A stretch of DNA of 64,000 bases from the human T2T-CHM13v2.0 reference genome, Homo sapiens. The notes under the pieces are model-generated. The model searched no databases. It was not told where the DNA came from and saw nothing but the letters and a program-made list of their open reading frames with translations. Where the stretch lies: assembly GCF_009914755.1 (NCBI RefSeq), contig NC_060937.1; one strand, 5' to 3'. The position numbers and the translations under genes were made by a program. Shown here in pieces: positions 55,225 through 64,000 of the stretch (its first letter is position 1; every line of letters starts with the position of its first letter).

Positions 55225-56040
55225 CCCCACAATCTATCCACATTTCATCACTCCCCACCCCATTTGCCCTATCTGGCCCACATCATCTCTTTCCTGGACC
55301 ACTAAATAATCTCCTGAGTGGTCTCCCAGCTTACACTCTTGCCCTTCCCCGTGGTTTATGTTTTATAAACAGCCATAGTGATCTCTTAAAGGGAAGATAA
55401 TAAATGTTTTGGGCTTGTGGGCCATATTATCTAAATCACATCTACTCATCTCTGATGTTATAACATGAAACCACAAAACCAAGCATGAAACCAGCCACAA
55501 ACTGGTTTGTGCATAGGAAAGTGCATAGCTGCATTCCAATAAAATTTTATTTACACAAACTGATGGCCAGCCATTTGGCCAGTTTGCCAACCCTGTTTTA
55601 AAACTAAATATCAGGATGTGTCACTTTCCTGTCTGAGGCCCTCCTTGGTCTTCTTATTTTACAAATATAAAATCTGAATTCCTCTCCATGGCTTACAAAG
55701 CCTCCCTTCTGTGAACTCGCTGCTAAACATTCCTGACCAGGTATCCTCCTTCCTGGCTGCTTCACAGAGAGAGTCACTATCCCCTCTAGCCTGTTTGCTG
55801 TGACTGTGTCCTTATGACCTTGACATTTGCCGTTCCCTCCAGCTGAAACCCTCTTCACTCCCATCAACACCTTGCTGGGGTATTTTTGGTTTTGTTTTTA
55901 AACACTTGGGTTTTAGCTTCAATCTACCTCTGTGGAGAAGCTTCCTTGACCCTCTGTAAAAATTATTGCACTCTCATTTCCTGTACCAACACTGTTCATC
56001 CATTTTTGCAGACTCGCTTTCTTCAGAGTCTCACTATTTC
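55225..56040 (+). mobile_element. L2 fragment interrupted by MER58A
   Basis: cacatcatctctttcctggaccact...atctcctgagtggtctccc...ggatgtgtcactttcctg...ggagaagcttccttgacc. Confidence 0.65.
55387..55595. mobile_element. MER58A hAT MITE
   Basis: aaagggaagataataaatgttttgggcttgtgggccata...ttccaataaaattttatttaca...gtttgccaaccctg. Confidence 0.75.
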
Positions 56041-56048
56041 AAGTTATC

Positions 56049-56723
<675 letters not shown>

Positions 56724-57344
56724 TTATTTTCTTTATTAATTTATTGTATGTTGAGGCATGGACTTTGCTTTTCTAGATCAGCAATATCCAGAGAAGTGTA
56801 TGAGTCATAATCAGTCTACAACTAATGGTTGCTGAATGAATAGATGTAAGTATAGCTTTTTTTAGTATTAGTGCAGAGTCTAAGTATTAAGTATTAGTAG
56901 AATAAAAATAATAAATCCTTAAAGGCTGATTGAAACAAAGTAAGAGGATGATATGGAACTGCTTATATCTGCCTTGCTACTTGATCTGTTAATAGAAATA
57001 GAGGGTCTAATAGTCTTAAATAGAGTCCTGCTCTCTTCTCTGTGTAGCTTAACCTACACCCAGAGGAAAATTCAGTGGGCAATGCTCTACAAGGACATTG
57101 AGATTCTAAAAGAGTCCAGGAGAGAGCCATCAAGGTTGGGAAATGCATCAGACCACATTCTCAGAGGAGCAATAAACACAATCTGTTTTTGTTCAGCCTA
57201 GAAGAGATTCACAGCATTAGGTGCTCTATGTTGACATACTCCTTTATAATGTACCATGAGCTCAAATATCCAAACAGCAGTAAACTTACATAAAGGTACA
57301 AGGAGTCATTGGTCATGAGAGAAGTATCAATGAAAACCTCAGTA

Positions 57345-57990
57345 ATTGCACCACTGTATACTCATCCAAATGCCTAAAAGAAAAATAACATTATGTCTTT
57401 CAAGGTACGTGTCATCTTAGATAACATCAAGAGTTGGCAGGGTTGAGGAGCAACCGGAATTCTCAATTTACAGCAAAGTAGAAATTGGTACAACCATTTT
57501 GGGAAACTATTGGACAGGATCTACTAAAGCTAAATATAGCATAGCTTATGATTCAACCATCCTAGTTCTAGATATATACTCAACATAAATGCTTACATAT
57601 GTGTGCACATGGCTGTACTATTCAAATTAGCCCAAACTGGAACAACACAAAGTAAATGGGGTGTATTCCTTCAGTGGAATACCAACAGAAATAAGAATGG
57701 GAAAAACAGTTGCCATATGCAAGAAGAGAAAAAAATGGATACATCTCATAAACAATGGCAAATACAAGAATAGTACACTGAAGCATCCATGCTGTCTGAG
57801 CTTATTTACAGAAAGTTAAATTTTTAACAATCTCTGCTGGAAGTCAGGGGCCTGATGATTGGGAAGGGAGTGTTTGTGGCATTGGTAATATTCTGCTTCT
57901 TGCCCTGGGTGCTGGTCACACAGGCCTGCTCATTTACCCGTATACTGATGTGATCTTTCTGTAAGTAAGATATGTGTTAATAAAATGTTC
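57345..57990 (+). mobile_element. L1ME-type 3' fragment
   Basis: ggtacaaccattttgggaaactattggacaggatctactaaagctaaatatagcatagcttatgattcaacc...ttaataaaatg. Confidence 0.7.
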
Positions 57991-60594
57991 ACTTCATCAT
58001 AAGTTGCTTGATGGCTTCCCTCACCATCTAGAATACAGAGCTCACATCAACTTTCTCTGATTTCTCTCCCAAAACTCCTACCAGGTCCTCTCCTATACCA
58101 GACACTCATCAAGTGCAGGAGACAGTGCTCTTAGGAGGAACAAGACAGTTGAATATATTAAGGAATGTTCTAGCTGTTTTATAAATAGCACTGGATGGAA
58201 AAAATAACAATTTGACCTTAATAAATCATACTCACACTCTCACTTGCTTTTTGATTTTCAATATCAAATTGCAAAACTCTACAAATGTCCTTGTTGCTGT
58301 TTCATTGCATATTAGTTCCTGAATGGATTTATGATAATCCTCCTGCTTCCCCAGCAGAGATGTCACTGGCATGGCCCTCCCCCAGAGCCTAGTCCCTGCT
58401 CTGTGCCATTTATTGTAACTAATTGGCCTAGACTGCATGAGATCACATTTAACAAAACATCTGATGGCTCCTCTGGTTGATATGTGCTTCAGAAGGCTCC
58501 CTAAAGTGTCTAAGGTTTTCATTAGTTTTTAGAGCACACTGAGTTAATTATATTGCTCACTAGCTTTTCAGGTTGAATAGTCAACTAGAAAAAGAAGTAA
58601 GCATGGAGAGGCTGGAGAGGGAGTAAAACCATTTCTTGTTTTGGCAGCCTTCAAACCTTGTCCTCAGAACTTGAGAGTTTTTAACTGCGGCCTTTCTTGA
58701 AGCAAAAAGTTGATGACCTAGGAGTGACTTACTAAATGCAGGTGGCTGGTAGAAGAAATAAAACAGGACCTCACCCCTTGCTGGAATGTGCAATTTGTGG
58801 TAAAACTTGAGGGCGCATTATGATATGTTGACAGCATTCCTCTTGAAAGGTCAGGACAAAAATGAAAGCTAGAGAAGCAAACTGCATTTAGATTGTGCAG
58901 TTGCTCTGTGGTCCACAGGGCTTTGTCATGAGGGAGTGTGGGATACAGTGGGATACAATGAAGGAAAAGGTTACCGAAGATTGTAGGGGTGCTCATTCCC
59001 TGCATTACAGTACTAGGGAGAAAATGAAGAGGGCCATCGTCTGTAGTCAGTGATAGTGCTAGGACCAGTTGACAAGTGAGTTAGCTTTTATGGCTCTTTC
59101 TGGATCTGAATTCTTTTTCCAACAGGAATATGGTAGCCACACTACATCACAAAACTCTCATGTGTTTTTGAGGTCTTGCCAGATTGCTCCTCACCATGGC
59201 AATGATGTCTATGGGGAGAATCTGTAGGAAGCTTACTGAGTCTTTTAGCCCTGAACAGAGCACCTAGCTTCTGAATGGAAGGACGGTTGTCATGGAACAT
59301 TCCAGACTGCTGGAAATTAGCTTGGTGGTTCTATCTCCTTCACAAACCCACCATTGTGTTAGCTTTCTAATTACAGGACTTTGCAAACCAAGCGTCTATT
59401 CTAAGGAATATTAATTATATCAAATGTATTGTATATACTAAGGATAGTTACTAAAGTATTCACTTTTTCAGTCATGTGTATGTGCTGTATATTTTAAGTA
59501 TGGAGTATAGATATACATGCAGATATGGGCATCCATTGTACATCTAGATATGAGTGGATTATAGATATGGATGTGAGCGTGAATTGTATACAAATATGGA
59601 ATATTCACATAAAGGAAGCCTAGTTATAAAGGGAAGAAAGGGCCATATTAAGGCATTTTTATTTTTTGAAGCAGATCTGTCCCTCCTTATTAGCCTTGAA
59701 GATCAATTCTGAAAATCTAACTAATTTGAGAAAAAAAATGACAGTATATATATGTAATAATGAAAGTGACTTAGGGTGTGAAATGCTTAAAGGCATGGAT
59801 ACAATATTCTTCATCTCTGTATTCCCAGCACCTTCACACAATAGATGTGACTGATAAATGCAAAAATGAAAGAATAAATAGCATATGCCTTCATCCACTC
59901 GAAGCAAAGAAAAAAGAAGTAAATCTCTAAATGTTTCCCATCATAGGTAGATGCAGCTTTCCCAGCTTTCTATTCTGAGAGAAAAAATGCTGCAAATCAC
60001 ATCTCCCTTGTCCTATAGTTTTCCAAAGTGATGTGCACGTGTCCCTGCAAATTTATGCTGGGTAGGAGGCCGGCTCCTTGCTGCACAGCCAGGGAGTAAT
60101 TTCAGTTGTTCTCTGGTGGAATAAGACATTTTGTGCATCAGCAAGGATGTTTGCAGCTGACAGTCCTATCAGCAAATGCAGCCTATTAAGATCACCACCA
60201 CCACAACAAAAAAACAAATATTGGAGATGAATATAAGACAGATGATTTTGTTTATCTCAAGTGAAAAAGACAAGCAATGAGACCCCTGGGAGCGCTGAAA
60301 TGAGAAACTTCTGAAGCTAATTGAGATATGATTAAAAAGATTGCTGTGTGTTATTGCCAGCAGTCATTGAGTTTTGTCATTAGGTTTCCAGTGTTGGAGC
60401 AATCAAACCAGTTATGGCTTCAGCAAGCAGCAGAGTATCTTTTAGTATACATATTTCCTGGAAAACTATAACTTATTAAAGGCATAAGTAGGGTTTCTGA
60501 AACAAATTCAATAAATGTATTTTAAGAAATTGCTCTCTTTGGTATCATTTATTATAGACTCAGATGTGTCACTAGATTTTGTCTTTTTATATGG

Positions 60595-60890
60595 CAGTGC
60601 TGTCCAATACAGATAGGATGCAAGTCATGTGTATGATTTTAAATTTTCTTGCAGCTACATTAAAAAAGTAAAAAGAAAGAGGAGAAATTAATCTTAATAT
60701 TTTCGATTAAACTAATCTATATATAATATCATTTTTACATGTCTTCAATATGAAAATTATTAATGAAATATTTTACGTTGTTTTTTTTCTGTACCAGTCT
60801 TTGAAATCCAGTGTGTATTTTACATTTACAAGACATCTCAATTTTGGCCAGCTATATCATGGCTAATGGCTACCATATTGCACAGGGCAG
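60595..60890. mobile_element. MER33 hAT MITE
   Basis: cagtgctgtccaata...ctttgaaatccagtgtgtattttaca...ggctaatggctaccatattgcacagggcag. Confidence 0.85.
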
Positions 60891-63109
60891 ACTAAAGCTT
60901 CTCCTCTACTTGGTTATTGTCAGAGATAAATTATATAGGTTATATTACTTCCAGTATGCCACTCGGAAATTTCAGGACTATACTCTTTAAGTGATATTAT
61001 ATTTGCTAATGGAGGAAATTTATCCTTCTACACTCATCTTACTGTGACTCAAAACTCTCAAAATATGAAAGAATCATCTGATAATGAAGAATACATCCTG
61101 GTTTTGTAGAAAACCATTAATAAGTAATACTATGTATTTTAATTATATTTTTACCATGCCCCAAGTTATTGTTCAGGCTAAATTTCAGGATAAAAATTAT
61201 CTGGCTTTTATATATGGTTCATGACGATGTGTTATATATTGTAAAATCCTCACTAAAGAAAAACAGAATTACTATTCACAAGATTATCTTTAGAAAAATG
61301 TCACTGTGTATTAGATGCTTAAGCCAAGTGTGAAATAGTGTAGTCTATATAATGTGATCAGGCATAAAATATATATAAATATATAAAATATATAAAATAA
61401 GGCTAATCCTCTATCACACTTGAAATTTTTATGTAAAAAAAAAAATCTGAGAAGTCAAGGATCTTAGCTGTCCTTGAAGAGTTGGCATGAAATGATTGGT
61501 AGTCCATTCCCATAGTCCATCTCATGGTACCATTAAGTTCAGTTATTTTACTAATGAGAAATATTTGTATGGAGAGCACATGCAGAACAATAGAACCAAG
61601 GGCAAGTAATGGCAGAAACACACGAGGACGATGCCCTGACTTAGAAACTCAGTTACGTGGCATTGAGGTAGCTGAGATAGAGAAAAGGAATGGTTGACGA
61701 AGAGGCAGGTTCACTGTGCTTAGGAACTGGTGAGATGATGGTGGATGTTTTTCTTTGCTCTTCTTCTTAGTTGATTTTGATAGTTAATATAAATTTCATG
61801 TTCTTTCATTCATGGTCTTCAATATTAAGCTATCCACACCCACATACTTTAATGACCCCCTAGCCAACATTAAGGTTTAGCCACCTTAAATATTTGCTAT
61901 TGAATTCATCATGTGTTAAACCTCAGCTTCTACAGAAATGTAGGATTAGAATTCTGCAGTTTTGGGTTGAAAAATGAAAATATTGTTGTTTTAGTAAAAA
62001 CAAAAGTGTCTTGAAGGCTTGAAATCCCACAAATAAGCCATAAACTGTATTAAACATGAATGAACCATAAAGCTCTTCAAAACTCAAATTTGGAGTCATT
62101 AAAATCGCTTTGAATTTGTACTACTTTTGTTGGTAATTAAAACGTTTGCAGAATCTCACTAGTGGGAACAATTGTAGAGTTATTGTTTCACAATGACGTT
62201 AGCACATCCCTTAAACAAAAGCTGCAGCCACAGTAGACATGGTAGAACCTGAGCAATCTGAGTGACAGATTGACTTGTTCTCCAATTTGTCTGGGTGAAG
62301 AGCATTGAACAATTAGGCATACTTTTGAGGGACTGGAAAACCACTCCCTGTTCCATCACTGGGGCACTTAAAATTCAGAAATTTTAATTTGGGAGTAAGA
62401 ATTTCATTGCTTTTTTATCCAAGTAGAATCTAGGTTTAGACATTTTTACCAACTTATTAGAATAATTTCAAGGATAGACTATGTATATTAAAAAACACCA
62501 AATTGTGATGGAGATATTGTAAATGTAAAAATAATGAGCCAATTAATATATCCAAAAATAAGCACATGAAAATTGGCTCTGATGGAAATTTTTAAAAATA
62601 ACCAATTGCCTGATTATTGTAATTACATGTTTCCCTTTCTTATTCTGCCTCCTGTGGAAAACAAACAACAAAAAAATACAGAGAAACTACACAATTAATA
62701 ACTATTAATGATTAATAATGGTTTATAAACCATTTGAAATCTTCCTGAAATACAGTAGATAATAAATAAAGTACTAAATTATATTAACTCCAATTCAAAT
62801 TACAAGGTTTCCCCTAATATTTTTAATGAGTAGACCTTAAATCTTACCTTATAACTTAAGATTAATATATAGCCTCTTATTGCTGACATGTTTTGTCCAT
62901 ATGTGTATGTATATTGTCCTTTTACCAATACATCTCAATTGGTGATAATGATTTTTGTGTCAATAAAGATAATTACTGTTGTATGTTTTCCAATATAAAG
63001 GAAAAACAAGGAGCCTATAATAATAATTCAAGAAAACTCAATTAACTATTTCATGCATACCTGGTTTCTGTACCCAGGACTCCAAAGTCTTATGTGAAGA
63101 AGATGTCGA

Positions 63110-63394
63110 GGTTGGGTGTGGTGGCTCAAACCTGTAATCCCAGCACTTTGGGAGGCCGAGGTGGGTGGATCACGAGGTCAGGAGTTCGAGACCAGCCTGG
63201 CCAACATAGTGAAACCCCATCTCTACTAAAAATACAAAACTTAGCTGGGCATGGTGGCGGGTGCCTGTAGACCCAGCTACTGAGGAGGCTGAGGCAGGAG
63301 AATCACTTGAACCTAGTAGGTGGGGTTGCAGTGAGCCATTGCACTCCAGCATCGGTGACAGAGCAAGACTCCATCTCAAAAAAAAAAAAAAGAA
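63110..63394 (+). mobile_element. AluSg-like element
   Basis: ggatcacgaggtcaggagttcgagaccagcctggccaac; TSD gaagaagatgtcga (63096-63109) / gaagaagatgtcca (63395-63408); ~11-bp deletion in the right arm. Confidence 0.93.
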
Positions 63395-64000
63395 GAAGAA
63401 GATGTCCAAGGATAGACAGAGGATGATGAGTAAGGGATGACAATCATCTTTGATCAATCTTTGCCAGGTTAGTCATGAAACTGATTCTTCTGAAAAGCTA
63501 GATACACTTCCATTTTGTCCTTCGTCTTTGAAGTTAATGCCTGGTCAATTTTCAAAGCCAAAATAATAATCACTACCTGTAACAAGGCTGCCTGACGCAT
63601 TCTAGGGGACACCATTGTATTATGGACTATATGAATGGCTGGAGTTTTGCAGTGCATGTTCTGTACTATTTGTCTGGAGGATCTGATCCATTTCTATGCT
63701 GGATATTTGCATCCATTATTTGGCTAATTAATTCTGAAAAGTAGGTCATATTTTACCTGAAGTTAAATGACTTGCCCAAGGGTCTTGTTCCTTTTGCCTA
63801 TGGGCATGACAGTTTATAACTTCTCTACAAGACTAACATCACTTCAAAATTGATCTTAAAAAGAGAAAAGTATACATCCTGAAAAGGATTTTTTAAATGG
63901 AAAGAGGGTGCTGTGCTCTTGGCATTCTCAACTTCCAGACAGCATTTGGCTCTAGAAGAGTTTATCATCTTTCTTTGCTAAAAAAGACACATACCATATT

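Overview
AT-rich, CpG-depleted primate (human-like) genomic DNA, judged from AluJ/AluS, L1PA and THE1 elements. It is non-coding intronic or intergenic sequence dominated by interspersed repeats: Alus, L1PA/L1MB/L1ME, L2, MIR, MaLR/ERVL/ERV1 solo LTRs, Tigger1, Tigger3b, MADE1, hAT MITEs and microsatellites. I find no supportable protein-coding exon, functional RNA gene, CpG island or CRISPR-like system. All listed ORFs are chance ORFs or broken TE ORFs. The best structure is at 41.7-43.8 kb: a MER5A1 split by an old L1PA insertion that appears to carry a ~176-bp 3' transduction ending at a MIR-derived ATTAAA. Nested in that L1 is a MER41-family LTR that retains two GAS (STAT) motifs. Repeat family names come from my recollection of consensus sequences, not from a database search, so subfamily calls and boundaries of old elements are approximate. 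I do not see evidence for a novel biological system.
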